Origin: Eledone cirrhosa
Taxonomy: Eukaryota
Direction of reading: 5' to 3'
Assembly (NCBI GenBank): GCA_964016885.1
Contig: OZ024741.1
Span: 319,548,001 to 319,612,000 of the forward strand
Length of the DNA: 64,000 bases
Shown here: positions 32,363-47,220 of the stretch, piece by piece
How positions within the stretch are numbered: position 1 is the stretch's first letter
Layout of the letters: every line of letters begins with the position of its first letter
The notes under the pieces: generated by a model
Told to the model about the DNA's origin: nothing
Seen by the model: the letters and a program-made list of their open reading frames with translations, nothing else
Databases searched by the model: none
Translations under genes and position numbers: made by a program

Positions 32363-32959
32363 GTAAGATAGCCAGCTTAACAATTCTCAGCCTATCACAC
32401 TCTCAATTTCTTTCTTCTCACACACTCACACATGCCAGCATGGACATACACTAGAGCATGCACACACAAAAGAGCATGCACACATACACACATATTGAAC
32501 AGATTAAAAGTTTATGCACAGAATCTTTGCTTTCACCTATCCCAAATAAGGTGGAAGAAAAAGCTCTGTCTTTAAACTTTCTATCTGTTTGAATAATAAA
32601 TATTTGCTCTATGTTCTGAGTTCAAATCTTGTCTTTTTTCCTTATGGGGTTCATAAAATAAAGTCCCAATAATGCACTGGGGTCGATTTGGTGTTTGTGA
32701 TGAGTGCCTTATGGCTTTAGCTTGTTTACAGTTGACTTTCTTTGTGGATGAAGCCAAAACGTCTTTTTCTTTACTTTTCTGTTTTGTGAGTGATGGTTTG
32801 TCACTCCTCTTTCTTGCCACAATCCATGCGCAATTGTGCCATTTTGAGATGGGTATGTCTGCTCTTTAGTGTTAGTGCACGACTGGACCGGTATCATAGA
32901 TGCATGCTGGCCTGTGTGGAGATAGGAGAGGAGTGTATAAAAGCTTCACAAACATGCTC

Positions 32960-34400
32960 AGACATTTCCAACTGTCTGACAGGTACTAAATGGATTTCCC
33001 AAATGTACCAATGTGGATATGGAAAAACTGCATTGAATCATCAAGATCGTACCTAGATAGGGTATTTTGTAGTGAAGTAAATAAGGCTAGCATAAGCTGT
33101 CCACAATTCAAAGTATTTGACTACACAGACCACAAATTTATGATCTGTAAAGTTGAATTAGACTTCATAGATAGGGACCCAGTTACTGGAAGCTGAATGC
33201 ATCCTTTCTGGTGTGCAATGTCTACAGAAACTGGATTAGTGAATTAGTTAAACAGCCATTGATGGGAGCAATCATCAACAACAAATAATAGTTTGCCTTG
33301 ATATGATTTAGTAAAGGTGTTAGTGATAGACAAACCTAGATTAGAGGGAGAGCTAGATGAGGCATTTAGGAAAAGCAATGCAACTGATGTGCTTACAGAG
33401 AGATTAGATTTTGACTCATTTTTCAATGCAAAGCAAAAAAAAAAAGAATAGATGCTTTGTCAAAGCATGGGCTCTTATTGTTAGGCAGGAGTGGATGAAA
33501 GCCATTCAATGGGCTCAAGTAACAAGCAGGGTGTCCACTCTCACCCAGAAATGGGCCAAGTTGAAGCTATCTGAGTGGTCAAACAGGTGACAAAGGCATA
33601 TATTGCTTCTGTTATCTTGTACCACCTAACTTTTGCAGCCTGTCCTAGACCATATGTGACTGTACTGGAGCATTTGCTCTTTCACTTCGTGTGGACGCAT
33701 GCCAGTAGTCAGATATTTCATTTGCTGTCAATACCCACTGCTTAGATGACTGAGAATGCCATGGCTGATGTTGTGCAAACGACATCTCCAGCTTTGTCTT
33801 AATGGTGAACATGTGTGGTTGCCATTTGCTAGATGTACTTTTCCCCAGCTGCAGTCATGTGATGGAGCATTCGGAGACTGGAATATATTTAAGTCCTCTC
33901 ATTCAATCAGGCAGTATGATTGGAAGTTCCATCTTGGTGATCTATAGAAGGTTAATGGCAAGTAAAAACAATGAAAATCAACTAGCCACAGTTTTCCGGA
34001 AGACTTTCAATCTAGGGTACATGGATAACTTCCAGAAATATTTGGCCTAGCAGTACTATTGGGGATCATTCTAGTTTAAAATAAACTCTTCAGGCATGGA
34101 AGTGTCTGTCTGAGATGCACACATGGTGATGAGACTGTCCTGCATGTGCTCATCAAATGTTCCAATATTGATTACTGTCTGTATATGTCAAACACATGCG
34201 GTCATGTGTAGAACAAATCTGGTTATTAGTTAAGTCCTTTGAGAAGATTGCTCTTCCACCTTCCTTTAGCTGGGAGGGACAGGCAGTTATTATCTCCTTG
34301 GTTGCTATGTTGATAGTCACGTTTGAAAACATTGAAGAAAAACTCTTTCCTTTTCGGCAATGATCTGATTAACTTTTTCAGAAATTGAAAAAAATGATAA
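32960..34400 (+). pseudogene. Highly degraded L1/Tx1-like LINE remnants
   Basis: ORF 32990..33196 (DFPNVPMWIW..SYLDRVF..YTDHKF) is an APE C-terminus of the same family as 28485-28960. Downstream extent is approximate. Confidence 0.55.
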
Positions 34401-35934
34401 ACACCTTTAATCAATTTTCGGCCTGAAGGCATTTATATCATCCAAACAACCAAAAGGAAACATGTATTTGGTGGGCTTGCATCACATTCACTCTTAGTAT
34501 TATTCTGAAATGAACGTACCAATTTGCATATATATAAATATATATCTGTATGTGTTTGTAGTAACACAGGAATATATTTCTATATATTTTACCGCATGTT
34601 TTCATTAAATATCATTATATAGACTAGGTTTGCATATTTTATTATATATAAGGGTGAAGGGTAGAAGATTTGCAGAATTGTTAATACTATGGTCAAAATG
34701 ACTTGTAGTATTTAGTTTCAGTGTTTTATGTTCTGATTTCAAATCCTGCTGAGGTCAACTTTACTTTCCACTATTCTGGGATTGAAAAATCAAGTACCAG
34801 TCACGTACTGAGTTCAATGTAATTGACTTTTCAGCCAATTTTTAGAAACGTTGAACAAATATGAATATTTTGAAAATCTGTAAGGTTACATACTGGCTGT
34901 AAAGATGAGACTTAACCCTTCAACATTTACATTACTCTATATAAACTATTGTATTTCCATAGTAAAGGCTTTACCTCACATAATTATCTCACATAATATC
35001 CAGTCTATGAGATTTTGATATTATTTATTTTGAGAACAATACCTTAATGTTGGTACAAGTGGCTGGTTGGGGCCAGTTTGAACAGAAAGAAGTGAGAGAA
35101 TTCTGGCCAGATATGGCCGGCTTAAATGTTAAAGGCTTAATATCATGGTAAAATTTGTCAGTTTGCTTTCGTGTAACTGGTAGCACAGCTGCTCAGCACA
35201 TAGCAGATATGAGTTTGAGTCCCACAAGCAATGCTGTCCACTTTTTCTGTCACTAAGAGCTGATATGTTCAACTTGTTAAACTATTTTTCATAGTCATAT
35301 ACTTATAAAAAGAACAACACCCTTACAACTAAGCTGTACAACTTCATTTAATTGATTATAAAACATAAAATATTTTGTGGTTTTGTCCCTCTATTAGAAA
35401 TCAATAATTTTCAGCAACGGTGATTCTTCTGATATTTTGACAGTGGTTTTATTAATAAATAAATGTACTTTGACGATTCACAACATTTGACATCAAACAC
35501 TTACAATTATATTGAGCAGCGTGTATATACAATCGGTTGACATAAATACAGGTATGGTGTGCAGCAAATAATTTTCTGCCTATGATGTGACAGTAGGTTC
35601 TATAGATGTATGTAGATTACCTTGTATATTTTCCCGGATTATGCATACAAACATACATACATACATACATATATACAGTCACACACATACATACCATACA
35701 ATGCATGCATTCACATTATATATATACTAATAATATATATGAGTGTGTATGTCTGTGTATGTGTGTATAATATATATATATATATGCGTATGTATTGAAT
35801 ACACACAAACACACATGCACACCCTTATAAATTAGTGTATATTTAGAGGAGAACACTTTCAATATAATTCATTTCATGTGTAATCATTATGTATTGTGAA
35901 CTGCTTATTGAAATTATGGGTGCAGTATTTACAT

Positions 35935-36345
35935 TGGCTCTGGGAAACAATAGTTATAATGGTCATTTTACTAACAAGTCGCTCTTCCTCTATTCATCCT
36001 CCTTACCTTTTCTACGTCTCAGTGTCATTCCTCATTGTCTGCACGTTGGACTACAGTCCATATTATTTTCTTCTGTTTTACTATTTCTTTCTTTCCTTCC
36101 TTTATGCTTTTTCTCCTTTGGCAGCTCACTTTCTCCCTTCTTTGTCAGTTGATGCACTTGGGATACTTTTACATCTATATTTCTGTAATTTGCCTAAAAC
36201 CTTAACTTGTCTCTAGCTGTTTTCTAATGTCCCAATGTGCACTGCAATGAAGGTATGAAACTCAATGCACCAAAACCATAACTATTTCCAGAGGTTTACC
36301 TAGGAAATGGGACTGTCCATCTTTCCATTGTTTTGTATGTAGATA
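35935..36345 (+). repeat. Old interspersed repeat, second copy at ~41040-41450
   Basis: Shared blocks ctgcacgtt..ctaca, cttctgttttactatttct, tgtaatttgcctaaa, gtcccaatgtgcactg. Confidence 0.6.
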
Positions 36346-36379
36346 TATATACATCCATATGTGGGTGACGGCTGAGAGA

Positions 36380-36552
36380 AAAGATTACACAATACCGAAG
36401 TAGAATTTAGATATTCATTTTATTAAGGTTAAATAGTTTATCTTGTTACTCTTGAGTTTCAGCTGATTATCATAGTCATCTGATGAACCTGTGATAAACT
36501 GGCGAAAATCCAGAGTAAGATAACTCACTATTTAGCCTTAGTAAAATAAATA
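36380..36552. mobile_element. Diverged fold-back PLE-type insertion
   Basis: Imperfect arms ~36411-36475 and 36489-36552 around CTGATGA. Same family as the single arm at ~9548-9660(-). Confidence 0.6.
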
Positions 36553-36572
36553 TGTATACATACATATACATA

Positions 36573-37035
<463 letters not shown>

Positions 37036-37344
37036 ATACAATAATATTAAATAAATGGAAACTATATTTATAAAACCATATTTATTTTATTACATATATT
37101 TCAAGGGTACCAAGACACATTGATACGCTTTCATAAGATAAAATACAAAGTTTGTTTTATAAATATAGACATACCCATGAAAATCATACAAGGAAATATA
37201 TAATAAAATAAATATGGTTTTATAAATATAGTTTCCATTTATTTAATATCATTGAATATTTACTCCAGCAAACTGTTGAGTGCTCTAAATCAGTTATAAA
37301 CATTTATATTTGTCGGACTTCCAACAAATTAAATACCCCTTCTA

Positions 37345-37346
<2 letters not shown>
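37036..37346. mobile_element. Fold-back PLE-type insertion
   Basis: Arms ~37036-37101 and 37192-37259. Tail 37260-37346 carries the ACTC..TT-GAGT hairpin. Confidence 0.7.
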
Positions 37347-37406
<60 letters not shown>

Positions 37407-37407
<1 letters not shown>

Positions 37408-38114
37408 TAGCAGTGTATCCCCGAGTTGCACGGGTAAGAACATTGGTAATAGCACCTCCAATGAGAAATGTTTATTTGTGAGTGCCTGCTAAAAACTCAT
37501 GAAAATATACTGACAGGAAACTTGTTTTATTTGGAGAAAATTAAGAAGTTGAAAGTACAGTTTAGCTGTCTACGTGCATTGTTCGTAGAAATATTGTTGA
37601 GCCCCTTCTTTTCATACTCCTCTGTTTTGGACTTTTGGAGTAAATGTGAAAGAGAAAGTCAGAGGTTAAGTTGGCAGAAGATTCCAGTGTCATAGCAGTT
37701 AGGCATAGGCTACTTACCTCAAAAGTTCATTCGCACTCTTTCCACTAAGTTACTCTTTCTCTCTTCCCTCTCGGTGCAGTCCCTTGCAAATTTCGTGTAG
37801 GCCTGGTGTAGATTTGCACCCGATCCAACTGCCCGATGCACATGTCCGCTTTGCACGGCTTTTGGAGGAAGGAGTGACCAGCAGTACGTTGTTTGGTATT
37901 ATTACGAAAAGGTGTAGCAGAAAATCCCACGTGAACTAACAGCTCGGGAGGAAACTGCTTGCCTTGAAGATTCATTCGCCATCATTCTTGTCAATGTTCC
38001 GTTTAGTTGGTATTTGTTGGTCTACAGTTAGATTAATGGTGCACAAAGGGTTAATGTTTATTGGCAAGAAGTTTTTTTAATAATAAAAGACGGGTTAAAG
38101 CAACATACAATGTA

Positions 38115-38170
<56 letters not shown>

Positions 38171-38678
38171 TGTGTGTGTGTGTGCATATACATATATTTT
38201 TATGTGTATATTTATGTATATGTGTATATATATATGTGTATATGTGTTTGTATATGTATATATATATATATATAAATATGTATGTATATGTATATATATG
38301 TGTGTGTATATGTATATATGTGTATATGTATATATAAGTATATATGTGTGTGTGTTTGTGTGTGTGAATGTAGCAAAGATAATACGTCAGCAATGACGTG
38401 TTCGTCAGAATGACGTTATGCAGACAGCCAGACATACAGACAGATATTATAAGGAGCGACGGAGATCGATAACCGGCGCCTAACACTTCCTTAACAACAG
38501 AAAATTGAAAAATAAAAGCTGCAGTTAGTATCTTTAGACCACAAGGAATATATAAATGCAAGTTTGGAGTCAATCTGAGTAGAAATGTGGATTTGTATAG
38601 ACTTTGCAAAAATGAGGACACACAGACAGACACACACACACACACACACAGACAACAACAGTTTTATATATGTATAGA
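37407..38678 (-). mobile_element. Non-autonomous Helitron
   Basis: Minus strand begins TC(tatacatatataaaactg) and ends with a GC-rich hairpin then CTAG, between A and T. Both ends are homologous to 55650-56746. Confidence 0.78.
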
Positions 38679-39212
38679 TATATATATATATATAATATAT
38701 ATATCAATTCTCCATGCATCTCCCCCATCCAAGTCCCCAATCCACACTATAATGTGGTCATCTTGATGCCACAACAATGAACACCTAGTCTACACTGTAA
38801 AGTGATCATGTAGGAGTCACAATAAAAATCACACAGCCCACACTGTAAAGTGGTCGTGTAGGTATTATGACACGCTGTAAATGTGGTTAGCATTAGGAAG
38901 GCATCCTGCCTTAGAAACCAAGCCAAAATTTGTTCTGTGTGAACAAAACATTATCCTCCAACCTGGCTTGTATCACAATGGGAAAGCCTTTCTAACCCAT
39001 CCTAGCATGGAAAATAGACGTTAAACAAATGATGATGCATTTATATAGTGTAAATTGATGAGTATTCCATTTACACATAATATAATGCTGAAGCAGAATC
39101 CGAGTAACACAGTATGACACAGTTGCCCCATAAATTATAGGTACAATTCATTTATCTAATGGGCTTCTAAAGTAAAAACCATGTATATATGTGCATATAT
39201 ATATATATATAT

Positions 39213-40112
39213 AGTGGTAGAACACTGGAAGGTAATATCCGTAGTGGTAGAGCACTCAGTCCATGGGAAGAGTTAGATACAAGTGGTTACACAACAGTTA
39301 GTTCACCATACCGAGAACAATTGTTTCACCTTAGCGGATCCTCAGCTTATAATGGACATGGTTATACGGAACAGGAAGGACAACCGTACGAACGCGCATA
39401 CGCAGAAACGATCACTTCACACAGGCAATACTAAATTGTGTACGAGAGGTGTAAGGGAGATAACTGTGAAAGTCCGAAAGTTTCTAGTTGATAAGAAAAT
39501 TAGGATGTTGTTGTAATTCAATCCGGAGCTTTGTAGTTATGTAAGAGGTGTTTCCAGACGTGTGGACAACGTGTGAAGAATTCATTTCTCGTGTTTAGGC
39601 AATCACTATTGCGTAATCTCTTTAGAATATTTATTCGTTCATCAATACATAGTCCACACGACGGATTTCCCCTTGCGTATGGTTTGGACTTAGTGATGAC
39701 TTTCCATTGAATGGAGTAGTCTATACTTGAGTCCTTGAGGGACCATAGGGGGCTCGCGACTTTCGTGGATGAACGTCTTTCCGGGTACCTAAAGGTCGAC
39801 TGGTGGTTCAGGAAGCATTCCTTAAATCGGCCCTCCACCATACCCACATAGGATTTGACCTCCTGTGGTTGATTTGGTCGGTTGGACATCCTAATTTTCT
39901 TATCAACTAGAAACTTTTGGACTTTCGCAGTTATCTCCCTTACACCTCTTGCACGCAAGTTAGTATTGCCTGTGTGAAGTGATCGTTTCTGTGCATGCGC
40001 GTTCGTATGGTTGTCCTTCCTGTTCCGTATAACCATGTCCATTACGAGCTGAGGATCTGCTAAGGTGAAACAATTGTTCTCGGTATGGTGAACTAACTGT
40101 TGTGTAACCACT
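39213..40112 (-). mobile_element. Truncated PLE (GIY-YIG C-terminus) with inverted pLTR, hammerhead and tail
   Basis: ~39880-39518 encodes SYVG..RFK..NH..LW.LK..W..CGLC..E..LNTRNE..CPH, a different PLE lineage from Naiad. Arms 39281-39506 and 39886-40112. Tail at 39213-39280. Confidence 0.85.
40045..40082 (+). ncRNA. Minimal type-I hammerhead ribozyme motif
   Basis: CGAG-CUGAGGA-(short stem II)-GAA-ACAAUUGU-U-CUCG: stem I CGAG/CUCG and a palindromic stem III. Confidence 0.75.
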
Positions 40113-42381
40113 TATATATATATATATATATACACATACATACATATATATATACACATACATATATATATATATATATACATACATATATATATATATA
40201 TATACATACATACATATATATATACATACATACATATATATATATACACATACATACATATATATATATACACATACATACATATATATACATATATATA
40301 TATGTACACATATATATATATATACACATACATACATATATATATACATACACATACATACATTTATATATATATATACACATACATACATATATATATA
40401 CACATACATACACATATATATACACATACATACATATATACACACACACTCACATCATCCATGAAGTGTTCATGTTACAAGACAGGGTAGACCACTGATC
40501 AGGGTAGTGTATTCAATGATATATATATATAGTTGTCATTATTTGTGTTAATATCAGTAATACACTGGGTAATTGCTGGCCTTGTGCCAAAAGTAGAAAC
40601 AATTATTTGTGTTAATTGAGCAATGATTAGTTTCATAGTCGCAAACACAGATCAATGAATACTGGTGTTAGCAAGAGTAAGCACTCAAAGTCTGTGTACC
40701 TTTTCTAGTATGATATGGGTTCATGTGGGGCTATGAATGATGAAGTATTTGTATAGTAATAAAGAAGGCTATAAGATTATACTTTATTTCATTATATTTA
40801 TTACATAATAGCTGTTACTTATATGCAGCTATTACATATATAATAAATATAATTATATATGTAATAAATATAATGTGTTAAAGTATAAACCTATACCTTT
40901 CTACATCATTATATAAATGTGTGTGTGTGTAGGAGATGAGACTGTCCATATTTCCATTGCTTTTTCCATTGTTTTTGTCCTGTGTCTTATTTTGAATTCA
41001 TATTCTAAAAACTTACTCATGTGGGGTTTTTTTTAACTACCATATAATAGACATCACACTGCACAGCCTGTTTTCCTATTTTCTCCCTTCTTACCTTTTC
41101 TATGCCTATGTGTCCTTCTTAGTCTGCACGTTAGGCTACAATCCTTATTATTCTCTTCTGTTTTACTATTTCTCACCTTTCTATATTTTTTCTCCTTTGG
41201 CAAAGCCTAGCACACTGTTCTCTCTCTTCTTTGTCATTTGATCCACATGCAATGCTTTTTCTACTATATTTGTGTAATTTGCCTAAAGCATAACTTGTCC
41301 CTAACTGTCTTGTTCTGTCCCAATGTGCACTGGAATTAGCGATATCAACCTTAATGCATAGAAACTAATAGTGATTTCCAGAGATTGACTGAGGAAATAT
41401 GACTGTCTGTCTGTCTTTCTGTTGTTTTTTTCCATTGTCTTTATCATGTATTTTGAATATATATATTTGAATTTGAATCTTCAAAAGAGTGAGTGATATT
41501 TCTTGGTTGCACTACAATGAAGGGGTAGAAATGAGAGCTTCTATTAGATGGCAAATTTTGAAGTCTCTGATGTTTTAACTGTGTCAAAACCTGACTACTA
41601 TTATGCAAATGCATATAGTTACTTACTTAAGTTGGATGTAGAATTAAAATAAAAACTGTCTTGTTAGTTGCATGGCATTGAGAAACAATTTGTCATAAAA
41701 AAAACATTAATGTAATTGTCTTGCATTCCATTATTACCCAGTTAATTCAATAAAACCAAACCATCAAATGATCTTTCAAGTTTCATTATTGATGAAAATT
41801 TGTATAAGAATTTTATCCAAACTTGATGAAGTTTGAAGTGTAACTAATTCAAAACAGGTTTTTTTCTTGATACATTGCATATATTAACAACATTATTGAA
41901 ATAGGTCTTTGAGTTGACTATTGAAATTATGGTGGGATTTCTTCATTTTTCCTTGATCGATAAAATAAAGTTTCATAAAGTACTAGGATCAATTTAATCA
42001 ACTTTCTCATACACTCAGAACTGCTGGCCTTGTGTCTATATTAGAAATAATTATGACACCATATCAACAGTTAGAACACTTTATATGGTTTACAGTTTTA
42101 ACTAACCGTATCTACTTTGCTGCCAGCTAGCAGTAGTAACTGCTAATTTGAAAAGTAGAAATAACATTGACACATCATTTGCTACTCATATCTTCCATGA
42201 AACCAGCAGATGAACAGCTAATCTCGCACCTTGCCAACTTATGCTCTTGTCCATCTGCCATTACAGAAAGTGGTCTATTTTGCATGGTCAGTTTATGCTG
42301 TCAGATGAACTGACTGCATATGTGTGCGTGTGTGTGTGTGTGTGTGCACGGTGTGCTTGCATGTGTATGCATGTGTGTATG

Positions 42382-42436
<55 letters not shown>

Positions 42437-42482
42437 AATTGGATGTTAAATATGATGTCTGGTCTTTTTCTTTTCTTTTCAG

Positions 42483-42636
42483 AACACTATCAATAAGCCT
42501 CGAATGAGAAAGCAGGTAGGATTTACAAATCGATGGCGGTTACCTGAACCACTGGGTAGTGATATACTTGGCACCTCTCAGGCCCTTCGAGCCATTTCTA
42601 CACAATTGAATGAAACTTTGATCAAAGTTATTACAG
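42483..42636 (+). CDS. Putative host-gene exon ([51 protein letters not shown])
   Basis: Strong polypyrimidine tract plus cag acceptor, cag|gtaga donor, 154 nt open, phase 0 to 1. Confidence 0.72.
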
Positions 42637-42829
42637 GTAGAAATACACATGTCTTCTGTGTGTCTATTTGAATCTCAAGGGTATTTCTATATCACTACTA
42701 TAAACATTGTGTCCTGCACCTTATACAGCTATCATCTTTTATACACAACACACGTTCATACCACTGCAATCTCCTCTCTTGCACTTTGCGTCTGATCGCT
42801 CTTATACCATTCTTTGCTTGCCTGCCATC

Positions 42830-43265
42830 CCAGATGTTTTTAGCATCTAGGCAACTATTCCCAATGGCCCAGCTGCTTTGCCTGTTTTCATAACCTTAAT
42901 GGTCTTACTACGCTGCTGCTGACTTGTACATCTGGTCCTTCTGTTGGATCCACTTGGGGAAGACTCTCTTCCTCCCATGTATTCTAGTTACTTATGAGTC
43001 TCTTATAATGGCACTCCCACGCTGCCTTTTCAGTGTCGGTGAGGGCAAGCGCACCATCATCATCTCAGACACACTTCTCCCCAACAACACGATTTTCTCT
43101 GACACACTACCTTGTGATCCTGAACACATCATATCTTTGGTCCTCATATTGCTAAACATGCTTGAATTTTTTTTTTCTGCTTCCCCTCTTGCAAAGTATA
43201 CTTGTTGCCTAGCTTCTTGCTAATGCCCTCTACTTTCCCATTCTGCCATTCTTTCCTCGCTAAAG
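42830..43265 (-). mobile_element. Degraded RTE LINE internal fragment
   Basis: Minus strand is similar to 14300-14660 (GEKCV.DDDGALALTDTEK..W.CHY..MKTGKAAGP). Confidence 0.7.
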
Positions 43266-45498
43266 CAGTGGTTAGTCATTCAGAACCCATAACATAGGGT
43301 CACTTTTGAGGCAGAGTTTTACAGCTGGATGCTCTTCTTGACACCAAATCTTTTAGTTGACTCTTATAATGCATAAGAATACAATGCACCTATTCGAAAC
43401 TGGATACATCCTCCCATATACAATGATATGAACCCATGAAAACATGAGATGAAGTGTCTTGATAAAGAAAATAATGTGCCATTCCAAAAATCGAACTCAC
43501 AATCTTACAATCGTGTGTACAACAACCTTCACGTTTATGCAGCTGGAAAGTTCCTCTCCGAAGTGTAAGGTCCTGTCACCCATCACTTCCATTCCTCCAA
43601 CCACACTATTTAACACCTCTTTGTCCCAGGTGTCAATATACACCACAGTTACCCAACCACTTGCACCAGGACCGAGTAGAACTTAACTTTTCAGCTTGGA
43701 CCTACTTTCCTAAATGACCTCAACTCCCTCCCACCTTTACTATGACCTCCTTTTATCCTTGCTCCCACACATGCACAGATACAACTTTATGCACCACCCA
43801 ATGCACATATATCCCTGCATACACATAACACTCAATTTCATATACACACACACATGCAAATCCACCCTATTGAATCCATTGGTTCCATCATACACAGGAT
43901 GTACCCTTCCATGCATTCATCCATATTCACAGTTGTTATAACACCAACTACACCACTCCCTCCACCTCCATTCTCCCTACACATTTAGATGCATGCACAC
44001 ATATGTGCATGAATATATGCTTTCAGGCATCACAACCAACATACTAGAGTCCATTGATCTTGCTCAAGGGTATGTGTGTGCTTGTATCTCTTGTGTGCAC
44101 AGCTGTGTTCGTGTGGGACCTGGTGCTTGGGCTCTGATGGTGTTGAATGTTTCCCAAAATTCACCCTTCAATACCACTTCCCAGCATTGTAGTTCAGCTG
44201 TTTGCAGTTGTATTGCTATATCATCATATGTGAAGCTAAGTAGTTTGTCTTACGGCCATACCCTTGAAGTGAGACAGGGCTATAATTTTATGTGCTATCA
44301 CTTCTCTTTCACTAGAACTCTTTGTGACTTTTTTGACATACAGATGTATATGTTTTTATATGTAGAATTTCATATACATATGTGTGCCTCCCTGTGCTGG
44401 TCAACTCACCTGTGCGCACACATTCACACCTCTACAATCTCACAGCAGCCAGCTCTGTTACGATTTATGCACATCTATTCACAACTTTGTACAGACAAAC
44501 ACACACATACACACACGCAAACACAAACATGCACACACACTCACACATACATACATGCATATCCACTCAAAATATACAAGGATTATCTCCCTTTCAAAAC
44601 ATCTATAATACCTAAGATATCTACTGACCAGCATTTCCAAAATGATTGAACACCCACGTGACTTTTCTACAGAAGTTTTTTTCCATTCCTTCCTCTCCAA
44701 CTCTCTATCTTTCTATTTGTTCTTTTATTTCTCATTCTATCTGCTGATGAAGGACTGATATCCAAAATGTTAGAACTCTTTACCTACTATATCAAGTGAT
44801 CAAGTGTTAAACTAATATATTTCTTCATTGTACTGTATTCTTTGCTTTGTTTTACTTTTTACATACACACATACATATATATGAAATCTGAAAATATAAT
44901 CACCACAATGCAAATATGACAAGTGTATATATATATATATATATATAATTGTTTCTACTTTTGGCAATTACCCAGTACATTACTGGTACTTTATTTTATC
45001 GGCCCCGTAAGGATGAAAGGAAAAGTTAACGTCAGCGGAATTTGAACTCAGTCCGTAAAGGGAGGTAACTCTGTGCTGCAAAGCATGGCATCTGACCCTC
45101 TACCGATACTGCCTCCAATATAATGCATGATAAACCACAACAGAAATACAAACCCTCCGTCTCAATTTTACTTTTGAAAATCATAAGAACTGTGAAACTG
45201 GTAAAGTAAATAATTAAATATTTTTAAAAGATTCCAGCTGCATTTTCAATTTCTTTTCCTTATTCGTTCACCCATGTGGAACATCTCTTTTTTAAAAAAA
45301 ACCTCATATATATGTATACATATATATATATAGGTATTAGGATTGGTGCTCTGAAGTAGCGATGTATACATGAATGTATGTATAGTATATTTGGCAATAT
45401 ACCGTATGTTTAATTAAAAACATTTAGAAGACCATACGCTATCAGTTTTAAAGTAGTGACAATGTCACTTACTTCTTTTCGGCATAAGAAGGGAGAGA

Positions 45499-45540
45499 AG
45501 CTGACAGTCTGTTTCACGCTGTTTGGCGTTCATCAGAGCC
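45499..45540 (-). ncRNA. Type-I hammerhead ribozyme motif in a PLE remnant
   Basis: GGCU-CUGAUGA-ACGC caaaca GCGU-GAA-ACAGaCUGU-C-AGCU, with a GUC triplet. Confidence 0.72.
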
Positions 45541-45779
45541 ACGTACTCCCCTGCTTTCGCCGAAAATTATAGAAGCTGGATTCTTATAGAATTTCAGTAA
45601 TAATCAGGAGCTGATTATATAGAGCGATTGCCAGTCCAGCAAAAATTAGGTATTAGGATTGGTGCTCTCAAACAAACAAACCGAGCATTATAATAAATGT
45701 TCGGTAAACCGATACGTGCATATATATATGTGTGCATGTATGTATATATGGTATCTATTCCAACACTATATATATATGA

Positions 45780-45922
45780 ATTCCATGTGTCTAACACCTG
45801 TGGGCATGCCTACAGATTCAGAAAACAGCACAGCTCTCATGAATTTCGGAAAGATGTTTTCACACTCAATATTGCTGAAGCATGGAACAAACTACCTGCA
45901 TCAGTTGTTAGCTGTCAGGACA
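45780..45922 (+). mobile_element. CR1/L2-type LINE 3' fragment
   Basis: FRKDVFTLNIAEAWNKLPASVVS resembles the F..R....WN.LP..VV terminus of CR1-group ORF2. Confidence 0.55.
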
Positions 45923-46289
45923 CATCCACACAAGCATAGTCACACACAAACACATACATACAAAGACATATCTCTTTATGTTCCCTCCTTTTATCTAGCC
46001 ACCTGTATGTTTTCACCTTTTGGCTATTCTTCCCCTAGGAAGGAACACAATGTCACATTGCATTCATCATCAACATCACCATCATCAACAACAACAATAA
46101 CATTACCAAATTTAACCAGTAGTCTGGTATTTTATTTGAATTCAGCACGTAAAGATATGTGATTACACACCACATGATATTTCAAAACGGTGTTCTACCG
46201 ATTCTACTGTTCAACACCTTATGTTTTTTTCTACAGAATAGAAACATTAAATAATTTATGTTTAATCATAGCTTTTCACACATTTCCAG

Positions 46290-46398
46290 CTGAAGGTCCT
46301 CAACTTTCGGCAAGTCTTGATCTTAGCCAACCTTACAAGTTCCGACAAATTAATGACAGACCGACCAGCAGTTTAATCTATAACCTAGGCTCTAAGAA
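46290..46398 (+). CDS. Putative host-gene exon (AEGPQLSASLDLSQPYKFRQINDRPTSSLIYNLGSK)
   Basis: tttccag acceptor, gtaagt donor, 109 nt, phase 1 to 2. Joins both neighbouring exons in frame. Confidence 0.72.
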
Positions 46399-47131
46399 GT
46401 AAGTCTCATGTTTCATTAAATATTCAGTAACTAACATCACTCCAATAGCCATAATCGTACTACCTAGGAGAATTTATGTAGTCAATGGGTCTGCTAGAAA
46501 TAGTAACCAAATTGTCTCTGAAGTCATGTCTTACCATCTTGGAATGGAAAGGGCTATATTGGATAATGTAGCACTTGGTATATGTAAAATTTCTGAGAAA
46601 TTATCAGGATATCATTTATTATAGCCTGCTAAATCATGGCTGAAATATGGCTAAACAATAAGAACAACATCTCTACTGACGAGGGAAGTAGCCTTGACAT
46701 GATAGCTGAACAAAAAGGATCCTGATGGATTTGTAGGGGCACTGTTCTCATGCACAGCATGTCTTGGGCATTTTGAAATCTGGCAAAATCCACCCCACAG
46801 GAACGCAATCAATTTTTTCCCACTTCCCCACTAAAAAACAAAAAAAAAACAAAAAAAGAGGGAGAGAGAGGGAGATAGTGAAGAGTCAACCCCAGTAATG
46901 TACTGGTAATTTCCTTATCAACCCCAAAAGGATAACTTCAGCAGCATTTGAACTCAGAGTGCTCAAATATATGATATAGAAAATAATTGAAATAGACATG
47001 AAATACATAGAAAGGATGCAAGCATAAATAACAAAAAAATAGAAATATATACACCTTGATCTGAGTAAACAATCAATCTTGGTAACTTTGACCAATTGAT
47101 ATATTTCAACCAACATTGATCTATTCCACAG

Positions 47132-47220
47132 GAAATCCCAAATATTTTCGCAACCAAAAAGAGAATTCTCAGCTCAAAATATCTTCGGATTTAGTACTAT
47201 GAGGAGCAATACAAAACCAG
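47132..47220 (+). CDS. Putative host-gene exon (KSQIFSQPKREFSAQNIFGFSTMRSNTKP)
   Basis: ttccacag acceptor, cag|gtaagt donor. The only stop-free frame is the one required by the previous exon. Confidence 0.72.

Noticed and set aside
35415-35551. Candidate exon ending cag|gtatgg
   Set aside because: All frames from the nearby acceptors contain stops.
39886-40111. First ~75 aa of ORF 39518..40111 and ORF 39283..39516
   Set aside because: Antisense translation of the non-coding pLTR arm. Only ~39880-39518 has GIY-YIG character.
43993-44649. 218-aa ORF
   Set aside because: Low-complexity CA-rich sequence with no recognisable motif.
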